This document shows positions 40,772 through 61,218 of a stretch of DNA of 64,000 nucleotides, piece by piece. The translations under genes were made by a program, and so were the position numbers. The notes beneath the pieces were generated by a model. The model was not told where the DNA came from and searched no databases. It was given only the letters and a program-made list of their open reading frames with translations. Source of the stretch: an uncultured Thermus sp. (lineage in GTDB: Bacteria; Deinococcota; Deinococci; Deinococcales; Thermaceae); the NCBI GenBank assembly GCA_947085095.1, contig CAMTVD010000014.1, positions 192,001 to 256,000 on the forward strand, given 5' to 3'. How positions within the stretch are numbered: position 1 is the first letter of the stretch; the number at the start of each line of letters is the position of its first letter.

Positions 40772-40929
40772 GGGGCACCTCCTTGTCCTCTTTCTTCAAG
40801 ATGGCTCTTCCCTCTTTCCCGGGAGGGGCAGGAAGACACATTTGCCCTCAGAGTTTTTTGTATTGGGTTTTGTTAGTTTCCTTTAACCCCGCAAACCCAC
40901 CCTTGGGGAGGGCTTTGCTTGCATACCAC

Positions 40930-40957
40930 TTTACATACCGGCAACCCGTGGTATACT
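40930..40957 (+). promoter_or_regulatory. Plus-strand promoter with no downstream ORF
   Basis: TTTACA-16 bp-TATACT with extended TGG. Confidence 0.5.
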
Positions 40958-40980
40958 GAGGAAGTCAGAGGGAGAAAGAA

Positions 40981-41007
40981 GCCGCCTGTGGGCGGCCGGT
41001 TTTGTTT
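40981..41007. terminator. Bidirectional intrinsic terminator
   Basis: GCCGCC-TGTG-GGCGGC; T-rich tails on both strands (CGGTTTTGTTTT plus; TTCTTTC minus). Confidence 0.7.
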
Positions 41008-42041
41008 TAGGGCACCAGGGCCACCTTGGTGGCCTGCCGCTCATGGAAGAGGCGGTACCCCGTCGCCGCCTCCTCCAGGGGCAGGCGGTGGCTGAAGACA
41101 AAGCTTCCTCTGAGCCTTCCTACCCGCTGGAGGGCAAGCACCTCGGTGATGAAGCGGGGGATGTTGGCCAGGGCGCTTCTCAGGGTAATCCCCCGGCTGA
41201 AGGCGGCTAGCCAAGGGTAGTCCAGCCTTTCCGCCGTGGGCACCCCCAGGCTGGAGACCACCCCGCCCGGGGCCGCCAGCTTCAGGGCGGTCTTCAGGGC
41301 CTCCCCATCCCCGCCCACCGCCTCCACCACCAGCTCCGCCCCCAGGCCTTCCGTGGCCTGGCGCACCCGCCCCACCGCATCCTCCGCTTTGGGGTTGATG
41401 GGGAGGCTTCCCAGCTCCCGGGCCTTCTCCAGGCGGGAGGCTTCCGGGTCTATGGCGAAGACCGGGCCCGCCCCCAGGGCGTGGGCCACCATCTGGGCGA
41501 GAAGGCCCACGGGCCCTGAGCCCACCACGGCCACGCTCATCCCCGGGGCCAGGAAGGGCCTAACCCCCCCGTAGGCGGTGGTGAGGATGTCCCCCGCCAA
41601 AATGGCCTCCTCGGCGGGCAGGTCCCCGATGGGGAAGAGGCTATGGCGGGCGAAGGGGACCCGCACCCGCTCCGCCTGGGCCCCCTGGAGGTTGCCCAGG
41701 GCCAGGCCGAAGCCGTAGACCCCGCCCCTCAAGCAGGCGAAGTACTGTTCCTTGCGGCAGGCGGGGCAGTCCCCGCAGGCCACCTGGAAGCTCCCCACCA
41801 CCCGCTCCCCCAGGGCGAAGGGGACCAGGGGGCCCTTGGCCACGATCCGCCCCACGAACTCGTGGCCCAGGATGGTTCCGGGAAGCACCCCGGCGATCTT
41901 GCCGTGGTAGATGTGGAGGTCCGAGCCGCAGATGGCGGCGAGCTCCACCTCGAGGATGGCGTCCGTGTCCGCCTCCAGCCGGGGTTCCGGGACTTCCTCC
42001 ACGGCCACCTGGAAGGGGCCGTGGTAGACCACCGCCTTCAC
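41007..42041 (-). CDS. Zinc-dependent MDR alcohol/formaldehyde dehydrogenase-like
   Basis: ICGSDLH, GHEFVG, CGDCPAC...C, GSGPVG. Confidence 0.92.
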   Translation of the reverse strand: MKAVVYHGPFQVAVEEVPEPRLEADTDAILEVELAAICGSDLHIYHGKIAGVLPGTILGHEFVGRIVAKGPLVPFALGERVVGSFQVACGDCPACRKEQYFACLRGGVYGFGLALGNLQGAQAERVRVPFARHSLFPIGDLPAEEAILAGDILTTAYGGVRPFLAPGMSVAVVGSGPVGLLAQMVAHALGAGPVFAIDPEASRLEKARELGSLPINPKAEDAVGRVRQATEGLGAELVVEAVGGDGEALKTALKLAAPGGVVSSLGVPTAERLDYPWLAAFSRGITLRSALANIPRFITEVLALQRVGRLRGSFVFSHRLPLEEAATGYRLFHERQATKVALVP

Positions 42042-42430
42042 GCCACCTCCCGCGCCACCTTGACCAGCTCCTGGGCCGCCTGGGCGTAGGGGGCCAGGGC
42101 GGCGATGGTGCCCCTTTTCAGCTCCAAAAGGCCCCGCATCAGGGCGGTGAGGGGCTCCAGGCGGCCCTCCAGGACCTCCTGCCAGGTGGCGAGGTCCGCC
42201 TCAATGACGAAGTCGGCCTCGGCCTCCCCCTCCACCACCCTCACCCCGCGGCAGGCCCCGTGCCAGAGGTCCAGGACCACGGCCGCCCCCTGGGGGAACC
42301 CCGCCTTTGGGTCGGGGCGCAAGGCCAGGGCCAAGGAGCCCTCCCAGGTGCTGGCCGCCTTCTTGTAGGCCTCGCTCTCGTTCAGCTTCTGGCAGTACGC
42401 CTGGGCCCACGCCTCCCCAAACAGCTGCAT
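42038..42430 (-). CDS. SCP2 (sterol carrier/lipid-binding) domain protein
   Basis: W...Y...LN, DLWHG.C, L.G.L.P..ALM.G.L.L.G; stop overlaps the ADH start. Confidence 0.8.
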   Translation of the reverse strand: MQLFGEAWAQAYCQKLNESEAYKKAASTWEGSLALALRPDPKAGFPQGAAVVLDLWHGACRGVRVVEGEAEADFVIEADLATWQEVLEGRLEPLTALMRGLLELKRGTIAALAPYAQAAQELVKVAREVA

Positions 42431-42479
42431 GGCTGCCTCCTTTGCACCGAGTATAAACCGCTTCGGGTAAGCTTGGGAA

Positions 42480-42908
42480 GTGGCCTATCTCCTAGACCTC
42501 TCCGGGGTCTACTGCGAGCCCGTGGAGCCCCGCCTCCTCCACCTCCTGGCCGAGCAAAGTGGGGAGCCCGTCTTTTACTTGTCCCAGGCCTTTTACGATC
42601 TCCTCCCCCGCCTGAAGGCGGAGGGGCCTTGGGTCCTGGAGGCTCTCTTCCCCGGGGCCTCCCGCCTCTACCCTAGGGCTTTTCAGAGGAGGCCCATGGC
42701 CTTCCCCGAGCCCTTTCACCTGGTGGCGGACCTCCCACCCCCGGAGGGGCTTAGGGCCTTCTACCACCCCGAGAAGCTCACCGCCATCCGCCTGGCCCTA
42801 AAGGCCCTGGGCTTGCCCCCGGAGGAGGCCACCTACCTGGACGACAACCCCCTCTGGGTGGCCAAAGCCAGGGAGCTTGGAGTGAGGGCGGAGGTCTTCC
42901 TGCCCTAG
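42480..42908 (+). CDS. HAD-like hypothetical protein
   Basis: LLDLSGV at the N-terminus, YLDDNP..V..A.ELG at the C-terminus. Confidence 0.6.
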   Translation: MAYLLDLSGVYCEPVEPRLLHLLAEQSGEPVFYLSQAFYDLLPRLKAEGPWVLEALFPGASRLYPRAFQRRPMAFPEPFHLVADLPPPEGLRAFYHPEKLTAIRLALKALGLPPEEATYLDDNPLWVAKARELGVRAEVFLP

Positions 42909-45192
42909 GGCTTCTCCGGCCAGGGGTGCTTGGGGTAGCGGCGCATCAGCTCCTTGCGCACCTCGGGGTAGCGCTTTGCCCAAAAGCTTTTCAGGTCCTG
43001 GGTCACCTGCACCGGCCGCCCGGCGGGGGAGAGGAGCGCCACCGCCACGGGGACGCGGCCCTCCAGGACCCTTGGGGTTTCCTTTAGGCCGAAGGCCTCC
43101 TGGATGCGGAGGGAGAGGAGGGGTGGGGCGTCCTCCCGGTAGAGGAGGCGCTTCCTCTTCCCGCTGGGGAGGGCCACGGTTTCCGGGGCGAGCCTTTCCA
43201 AAAGGGCCCGCTTCTCCCCCAGGAGGCCCAGGAGGACCTCCTTCCAGGGAAGGGCCTTCAGGTCCTCCAGGCGGCGCACCCCCTCCGTCCAGGGCAGAAG
43301 CCAGGAGGGGTCCTCGAGGAGAGCCCCCTCGGCGAGCTCGGGCACCTCCACCCCCTGGGACCTCAGGAAGCGGAGGCGGATAAGCACCTGCCTGGCCTCC
43401 TCGGGAAGGGGGAGGCCTCCCTTCAGGGCCTCCTTGAGGTGGGCCGCCGTGGGGGGTCCAGGGTCCACGGGGAGGCGTTCCAGGACCAGGGCCCCCAGGC
43501 GCCTTTCCAGGTAGCCCCTAAGCCTTCCCTCCTCCCACCCCGTCCACAGGGCCACCTCTGCCCGCTTCAGGAGGTCTTCCCGGGAAAGGGGGGCGAAGAG
43601 GAGGACCCGCCCCTCCCTTTCCCCAAGCTCCGCCCCCACGGCCACCAGGTAGGGGGGCCCCTCCTCCAGGCGCAGGGCGGGGCCGGTGGCCAGGCGGTAC
43701 CGCCCCGGGGAAAGGCGCTCCGCCGCCCGGTCGGGGTAGGCGGCGAGGAGGAGCCCGCCCACCGCCTCGGGGTGGGGGAGGGTCCTAAGGGGCCCCACGC
43801 CGAACCGTCCCCGCCAGAGGGCGCTGGTCTTCTCCACCTGGGTGAAACCCCCCGGTCCCCCCTTGCGGGCCAGGAGGAGTTCCTCCAGCTGGACCATGAG
43901 GTCCTTCTCCCCTTCCCAGGGGTTCCGCTCCTCCAAAAGGGCCATGAGGTCGGCGGCCAAAGGGAGGAGCCCTTCCCGTTCCGCCTCCAGGGCCAGCCGG
44001 GCCAGGCGGGGGTGGGTGGGGAGGGTGAGCATCCGCCTTCCCAAAGGGGTGAGGGCTTCCCCCTCCACCGCCCCCAGGAGGCGGAGGAGGTTCCAGGCGG
44101 CCTCCAGGGCCCCCTTGGGGGGCTTGGTGGGCAGGGGCAGCTCCTCCAGCCTCTCCCCGAAGGCCAGGGCCAGAAGCAGGGCCCGGGAGAGGTCGGCCTC
44201 CAGGACCTCCGGCCGCTTGGGGGGAAAGGGGCCTTCAGGGTAGAGGCGGAAGACCCGCCCCGGCCCGGTGCGCCCAGCCCGCCCCGCCCGCTGCCGGGCG
44301 GACTCCTCGGGGATCCGGACCAGGGCCAGGCGGGTGAGGCCGGTCCTGGGGTCAAAGCGGGGCTTCTTGGCCAGGCCCGTGTCCACCACCGCCCGCACCT
44401 GGGGCAGGGTGAGGCTGGTCTCGGCCACGTCCGTGGCCAGGACGATCCTCCTGGGGCCCGGTTTGAGGAGGGCGGCCTGGGCCTCCAGGGGAAGCCCCCC
44501 GTGGAGGGGAAAGGCGGGAAGGTCCTGGAGGAGCCTCCGGGTGCGCTCAATCTCCGCCTTGCCCGGCAGGAAGACCAGGACGTCCCCCTCCCCCTCCAAA
44601 AAGGCCTTGCGGGCGTAGCGGGCGGCCAGGGGCTCCAGAGGTCCCTCGGGGGGCCTTTCCAGGTGGAAGACCTCCACGGGATGGCCTTCCCCCTCCAGGG
44701 CCAGCACCTCCCCTCCCAGGGCCCTTTCCAGGTCCTCGTCGGGGGTGGCGGTGAGGAGGGCCAGCTTGAGGTCGGGGCGGAGGGTCTCCTGAACCTTAAG
44801 GAGGAGGGCCAGGGCCAGGTCCCCTTCCAGGTGCCGCTCGTGGGCCTCGTCCAGGAGGACGGCGGAGACCCCTTCCAAGGTGGGGTCCTCCAGGAGGAGG
44901 CGGAGGAGGAGGCCCTCGGTCATCACCAGGAGGCGGGTTTCCCGGCTCTCCCGACCCTCCAGGCGCACCCGGTAGCCCACGGTCCTCCCCAAAGGCTCCC
45001 CCAGGTTCTCCGCCAGCCTCGCCGCCACCGCCCGGGCCGCCACCCGCCTGGGCTCAAAGAGGAGGACCTTCCCCGGTAAGGCGGAGAGGAGCCTCAGGGG
45101 AAAGAGGGTGCTCTTCCCCGCCCCGGGGTAGGCCTTGAGGAGGAGGCGGCCCTCCTTCTTTAGGAGGGCCACCGCCCGGTCCATCCAGTCCA

Positions 45193-45193
<1 letters not shown>
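42905..45193 (-). CDS. hrpB: ATP-dependent RNA helicase HrpB
   Basis: PGAGKST, EPRR.AA, DEAHER, QRAGRAGR, LSPAGRP.Q.T.DL..FW, RYPKHPWP. Confidence 0.93.
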
Positions 45194-50930
<5,737 letters not shown>

Positions 50931-50966
50931 CGAAGGTGTGTTGGCGCGAAGGCTATCATGGCTTCT

Positions 50967-52652
50967 ATGACGGAAGCGGAGCTCTTGGCCCTGATTAAGG
51001 AGGGAGAGTCCCTCCGCCTCGAGTTCAAGCGCGACGCTCCCCTCTCCGAGGCCGACCTCGTTGAGGCGGTGGCCTGCTTGGCCAACACCGAGGGAGGATG
51101 GCTGCTCCTGGGGGTGGAGGACGGTGGCTCCATCAGCGGCCTGCACGCCAGCCGCCAATCTGTTGATCCGGCACAAATCCAGGCGCTGATCACCAACAGG
51201 ACCTACCCCAGCGTTCCGGTGGAAATCCATGTGGTGCCAACCTCCAAGGGGACCGTCCTCGCCGTAAAAGTGCCCAAAGTTAACGAGCTGGTGGGCCTCA
51301 GCGATGGGCGGGTGCCCAGGCGCTACATCGCCGGCCGAGGCAGGCCTGAATGCAGGTTTTTGCAACTGCACGAGATCGCTTCTCGCTTGGCCGAGATTCG
51401 GCAACAGGACTACACGGCCCAGGTTTTTCCCGACGCGAGTTGGGAGGATTTGGATCCATTAGAGTTTGAGCGTTTGCGGCAGGCTATTCAGCGCAATCCT
51501 TCCGCAGACAAAGAGTTGCTTGGCCTTCCTGACGCGGAGCTGGCCCAGGCCCTGGGCTTGGCGAGGACCTACGAAGGGCGCTTGGCGCCTACGGTGGGGG
51601 GTTTGCTGGTTCTGGGGCGGGAGGAGGCTATCCGGCGTTTGGTACCCACCCACGAGGCGGCTTTCCAGGTGCTGCGAGAGGACCGGAGCGTGGCCTTCAA
51701 CGAGTTTTACCGGGAACCGCTGCTCAGGCTTTTTGAGCGCATGGAGCAGCTTTTTAAGGCCCAAAATCCTGAGGAGGAGGTGACCGTTGGGCTGTACCGT
51801 GTTCCCATTCCCCTCTTCCCACCAGAGGCCTTTCGGGAAGCCCTCGCCAACGCCCTGGTGCACCGGGATTACCGGGTTTTGGGGACGGTGTTCGTGAGGA
51901 TAGATCCGGAGGCTGGGGGTCTGGTGATCAGCAACCCCGGGGGGTTTGTGGAGGGGGTGACTCTGGAGAACCTCTTGGTGGTGGAGCCTCGTCCCCGCAA
52001 CCCCCTTCTGGCCGATGTTTTCAAACGCCTGGGCCTGGTGGAGCGCACGGGGCGGGGTATAGACAGGATCTTCCGGGAGGTCTTGGGGCTTGGGAGGCGG
52101 CCGCCGGATTACTCGGGTACCACGCAGGACATGGTGAAGGTTGTTCTTCCTGGCGGGAAGGCTGACCTGAACTTTGTGAGGCTTATCCTCGAGGTCCAAG
52201 ACCGCTACGGCAGGCAGCTGGGCTGGCCCCATCTCTTAGTGTTGCGCCAGGCGGCCGATGAGGGCGAGCTGAGCGTGCCCGAGGTGGCGCGCCTCACTCA
52301 GCAGGGAGAGGCGCGGGCCCGGAGTTTGGTGGAAGAGATGGTGGAGATGGGGCTTCTCGAGGCCAAAGGGTCCAAGAAGGGACGGGTGTACCATCTGAGC
52401 GCCTGGGTCTTCAAGCGGCTGGGGCGGCCCACGGCCTATGTTCACAGGCGAGGGATAGAGCAGGTTCGCCAGGAGGAGTTGATTATGCAAATAGCCTACA
52501 AATACGGAAAGGTAACCCGGGGGGATGTCCTGCAGCTTTTCCCCAATCTGACCGAGGACCAGGCTTTCCGTTTGCTTCAAAGGCTGGTTCAGTCCGGTCG
52601 GTTGCGTCCAAAGGGAAGCAAAAGGGGGCGTTACTATGAGCCAGCGGAGTAG
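50967..52652 (+). CDS. Schlafen/AlbA_2 - HATPase_c_4 (RecG-C-like) - winged-HTH protein
   Basis: GESLRLEFK...LANTEGG.LLLGVEDGG; REALANALVHRDY, ISNPGG, RNPLLA, ERTGRG; two C-terminal wHTH-like segments; start ATG 50967 (alternative 50958). Confidence 0.85.
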   Translation: MTEAELLALIKEGESLRLEFKRDAPLSEADLVEAVACLANTEGGWLLLGVEDGGSISGLHASRQSVDPAQIQALITNRTYPSVPVEIHVVPTSKGTVLAVKVPKVNELVGLSDGRVPRRYIAGRGRPECRFLQLHEIASRLAEIRQQDYTAQVFPDASWEDLDPLEFERLRQAIQRNPSADKELLGLPDAELAQALGLARTYEGRLAPTVGGLLVLGREEAIRRLVPTHEAAFQVLREDRSVAFNEFYREPLLRLFERMEQLFKAQNPEEEVTVGLYRVPIPLFPPEAFREALANALVHRDYRVLGTVFVRIDPEAGGLVISNPGGFVEGVTLENLLVVEPRPRNPLLADVFKRLGLVERTGRGIDRIFREVLGLGRRPPDYSGTTQDMVKVVLPGGKADLNFVRLILEVQDRYGRQLGWPHLLVLRQAADEGELSVPEVARLTQQGEARARSLVEEMVEMGLLEAKGSKKGRVYHLSAWVFKRLGRPTAYVHRRGIEQVRQEELIMQIAYKYGKVTRGDVLQLFPNLTEDQAFRLLQRLVQSGRLRPKGSKRGRYYEPAE

Positions 52653-52662
52653 CCCGAAACCC

Positions 52663-52737
52663 CGGTTAACCACGGATAACCGCAACTGCCGTTATTTTCG
52701 AGGAGATATAACCGCGTCCGCGGTTATTTGCGGATAA
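52663..52737. promoter_or_regulatory. Tandem palindromic operator-like array
   Basis: ATAACCGC-N4-GCCGTTAT (52676-52695) and ATAACCGC-N4-GCGGTTAT (52708-52727), plus flanking CGG(T/A)TAA half-sites. Confidence 0.65.
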
Positions 52738-52747
52738 AGGAGGACCC

Positions 52748-55513
52748 ATGAGTCACAAACGCCGTCTCATAGAGCACCGCCTGCCCCTCAAGGAAATCTC
52801 CGAGGCCTCGGCCCGGGAGAAGTCCATCCGCCACGGGCACATCTCCACCCTGCACATCTGGTGGGCCAGGCGGCCCCTGGCGGCGAGCCGGGCGGCGGTC
52901 TTCGCCACGCTGGTGCCCGACACCGAGGAGAACTACCAGCTGGTCAAGAAGATCGTGCCCTGGGAGGCGGTGAAGGAGGGGAATAGCCGCGATGTGCTAG
53001 AGGCCCGGCAGAGGGTCCTGGAGGCGAATGGGGGTGTGCCCCCCAAAGTCCTGGACCCCTTCGCCGGGGGCGGGGCCATCCCCTTGGAGGCCCTGCGCCT
53101 GGGGTGCGAGGCCTACGCCCTGGACCTGAACCCCGTGGCCTACCTGATCCTGAAGGCCACCCTGGAATACCCCCAGCGCTTCGGCCAGCCCCATAGCCGT
53201 CCCGTGCCCCCCTACATCCAGGCCCTGGACCAGGCCCACGCCCAAGCCAGGGACCGAGCGGCCCAGGGCAGAACCAGACTCCTCGAGGAGGGAGGAGGGG
53301 TCCGGGATGGTCCTTTTGCCCAGGCCTACCGGCAGAACCCCCTGGCCGCCGAGGTGCGCTACTGGGGGGAGTGGGTGCTGGAAAGGGCAAGGGCCGAGCT
53401 GGCCGAGTTCTACCCCCAAGACCCCGACGGCAGGACTCCCGTGGCCTACCTCTGGGCCCGCACGGTGACCTGCACCAACCCCGCCTGCCGGGCCGAGGTG
53501 CCCCTGGTGCGCCAGTGGTGGCTGGCCAAGAGGAAGAAGAAGCGCATCGCCCTTAGGCCCGTGGTGGACCGGGAGGCCAAGCGGGTGGGCTTCCAGGTGG
53601 TGGAGGTGCCCCAGGGCGAGGACTGGCCCGACCAGGGGACCATCCAGCGGGGCAACGCCGCCTGTTTGGTGTGCGGCACCGTGGTGCCTGTGGAAACCGT
53701 GCGGAGCGAGGCCAGGCGGGGCACCTGGGGGGAGCGCATGCTGGCGGTGGTGCTGGCCGAAGAGGGCGAGGGCAAAGCGTACCGCCCGGCTACGGACAGG
53801 GACAAGGCCATCTTTGAAGGGGCCAAGGCCAGGCTTGCGGAACTCCAAGCGGCCCACACGGGGGAGCCAAGCCTTGTTCCTGAGGAACCCCTACCCCCTA
53901 AGGGGACACTCGGTTTTCGTGTCAATCTTTACGGCATTCAGACCTGGGGCCAGCTTTTCAACCCCCGCCAGGCCCTGGCCCTGGTTACCTTCGCCAGGTG
54001 GGTGCGGGAAGCCCACGCCGAGATGCTCCGGCAGGGCATGGACGAGGAGCTGGCCAAGGCCGTGGCAACGTATTTGGGTTTGGCTGTGGATAGGCTAGCT
54101 GAAGACGATTCATCCTTGTGTCGGTGGAATCCTAACTCGGAAAAAATACAAGGAACGTTCGGGCGGCAAACTATCCCTATGGTTTGGGATTATGCAGAAA
54201 CTAACCCTTTTGGTACGTCTGTTGGTAGCTGGAAATCCTTAGTAGATCTGCAAAACAACTCTATACTTGGTGCTAGTCAAGTTGAGGGGATTGGTCAAGT
54301 TCTGCAGGGAACAGCAGTGAACCCGCCCTATCCGGGGGATTTCTTTGACGCCGTGGTCACGGACCCCCCCTACTACGACGCCGTGCCCTACGCCGACCTC
54401 TCGGACTTCTTCTACGTGTGGCTCAGGCGCACCGTGGGCCACCTCTACCCGGAGCACTTCCGCACCCCCCTTACCCCAAAGGGGCAGGAGGCCGTGCAGA
54501 ACCCCGTGCGCCACGGGGGGGACAACGAGAAGGCCAGGCGCTTCTTTGAGGAGATGATGGCCCAGGCCTTCCGGGAGATGCACCGGGTCCTGAAGCCCGA
54601 GGGCAAGGCCGCCATCGTCTTCGCCCACAAGAGCACCGAGGCCTGGGAGACCCTCATCAGCGCCCTCGTTGGGGCCGGGTTCCAGGTGGAGGCCTCCTGG
54701 CCCATCCACACGGAGATGAAGACCCGCCTGCGGGCTAGGGAGTCCGCCGCCCTGGCCTCCTCCATCTTCCTAAGCTGCACCAAGCGGGTGGGCCAGGGGA
54801 CCGTGGGCCTCTTCGCCCAGGTGCGGGAGGAGATGCGAAGGGCCATCCTGCCCAGGCTGGAGGAGTTCTGGGAGTCCGGCATCCGGGCGGCGGACTTCTT
54901 CGTGTCCGCCATCGGGCCGGGCCTGGAGGCCTTCAGCCGCTACGAGGAGGTGCGCCGGGCGGACGGGAGGCGGGTGGAGGTGGGGGAGTTCCTGGACGAG
55001 GTGCGGAAGATCGTCCTGGACTTTGCCCTGGAGCGGGTCCTGGGGGCCAAGGCCGAGGCGGCGGGGGCCGTGGACGGGCCCACCCAGTTCGCCCTCCTCG
55101 CCCTCTGGGCCTACGGCCTGGAGGTTCCCTCGGACGAGGCCCGCAAGATCGCCCAGAGCACCGGGGTGAGCCTCCCTGAGCTTGGGAGCCTGGTCCGGGT
55201 GGAGGGGGAGAAGACCCGCATCCAGAAGGCCAGGGAAAGGGTAAAGCGGGACCGGGACTTTGGCCTTGCCAAGGGGGGCCTGGTGCCCATGGTGGACACC
55301 CTGCAAAGGGCCATCCTCCTCCTCCGCGAGGGGCGGGAGGCCTTGGCCCAGTACCTGGAGGGCGTGGGCCACCTCAAAAGCCCCACCTTCTGGCTGGTGG
55401 CCCAGGCCCTGGCCGAGGTTCTGGAGGGGGAGGACGAGGGGCGGGACCTGCACGAGCTCCTCACCCTGCGGGAGGGCCTTATGCGGGTGGCGGAGGCGGG
55501 GAGGTTGCTGTAA
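52748..55513 (+). CDS. DUF1156-family adenine-specific DNA methyltransferase
   Basis: TLHIWWARRPL, motif I DPFAGGG, CTNPAC...CLVC, motif IV TDPPYY, FAHK...WE; AGGAGG RBS. Confidence 0.9.
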   Translation: MSHKRRLIEHRLPLKEISEASAREKSIRHGHISTLHIWWARRPLAASRAAVFATLVPDTEENYQLVKKIVPWEAVKEGNSRDVLEARQRVLEANGGVPPKVLDPFAGGGAIPLEALRLGCEAYALDLNPVAYLILKATLEYPQRFGQPHSRPVPPYIQALDQAHAQARDRAAQGRTRLLEEGGGVRDGPFAQAYRQNPLAAEVRYWGEWVLERARAELAEFYPQDPDGRTPVAYLWARTVTCTNPACRAEVPLVRQWWLAKRKKKRIALRPVVDREAKRVGFQVVEVPQGEDWPDQGTIQRGNAACLVCGTVVPVETVRSEARRGTWGERMLAVVLAEEGEGKAYRPATDRDKAIFEGAKARLAELQAAHTGEPSLVPEEPLPPKGTLGFRVNLYGIQTWGQLFNPRQALALVTFARWVREAHAEMLRQGMDEELAKAVATYLGLAVDRLAEDDSSLCRWNPNSEKIQGTFGRQTIPMVWDYAETNPFGTSVGSWKSLVDLQNNSILGASQVEGIGQVLQGTAVNPPYPGDFFDAVVTDPPYYDAVPYADLSDFFYVWLRRTVGHLYPEHFRTPLTPKGQEAVQNPVRHGGDNEKARRFFEEMMAQAFREMHRVLKPEGKAAIVFAHKSTEAWETLISALVGAGFQVEASWPIHTEMKTRLRARESAALASSIFLSCTKRVGQGTVGLFAQVREEMRRAILPRLEEFWESGIRAADFFVSAIGPGLEAFSRYEEVRRADGRRVEVGEFLDEVRKIVLDFALERVLGAKAEAAGAVDGPTQFALLALWAYGLEVPSDEARKIAQSTGVSLPELGSLVRVEGEKTRIQKARERVKRDRDFGLAKGGLVPMVDTLQRAILLLREGREALAQYLEGVGHLKSPTFWLVAQALAEVLEGEDEGRDLHELLTLREGLMRVAEAGRLL

Positions 55514-55541
55514 GTGGTCTAGGGATTGGAGGTTCGTGGCC

Positions 55542-61113
<5,572 letters not shown>

Positions 61114-61218
61114 GCCCCTATCTAACGCCCAAGGCCCCCTTTTTGTCCAGCTCCTCATGGTCCTTTGACAAAGCCGTGCTACCCTGGGTTTGGGGGGTGT
61201 GGTAGCGTTTCCAATCCT

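Noticed and set aside
40800..40920. Possible c-di-GMP-I riboswitch upstream of the USP-like gene (GGGCAAA, GCAAAGCC, a hairpin)
   Set aside because: The motif order and P1/P2 pairing do not fit the consensus. An Infernal/Rfam scan would be needed to exclude it formally.
52653..52747. Mini-CRISPR interpretation of the repeats
   Set aside because: Only two 20-bp units with a 12-bp gap and no cas genes nearby; this fits an operator better.
55260..55541. N-terminal extension of the DUF499 ORF
   Set aside because: It overlaps the methyltransferase in another frame. The GGAGG RBS supports ATG 55542.
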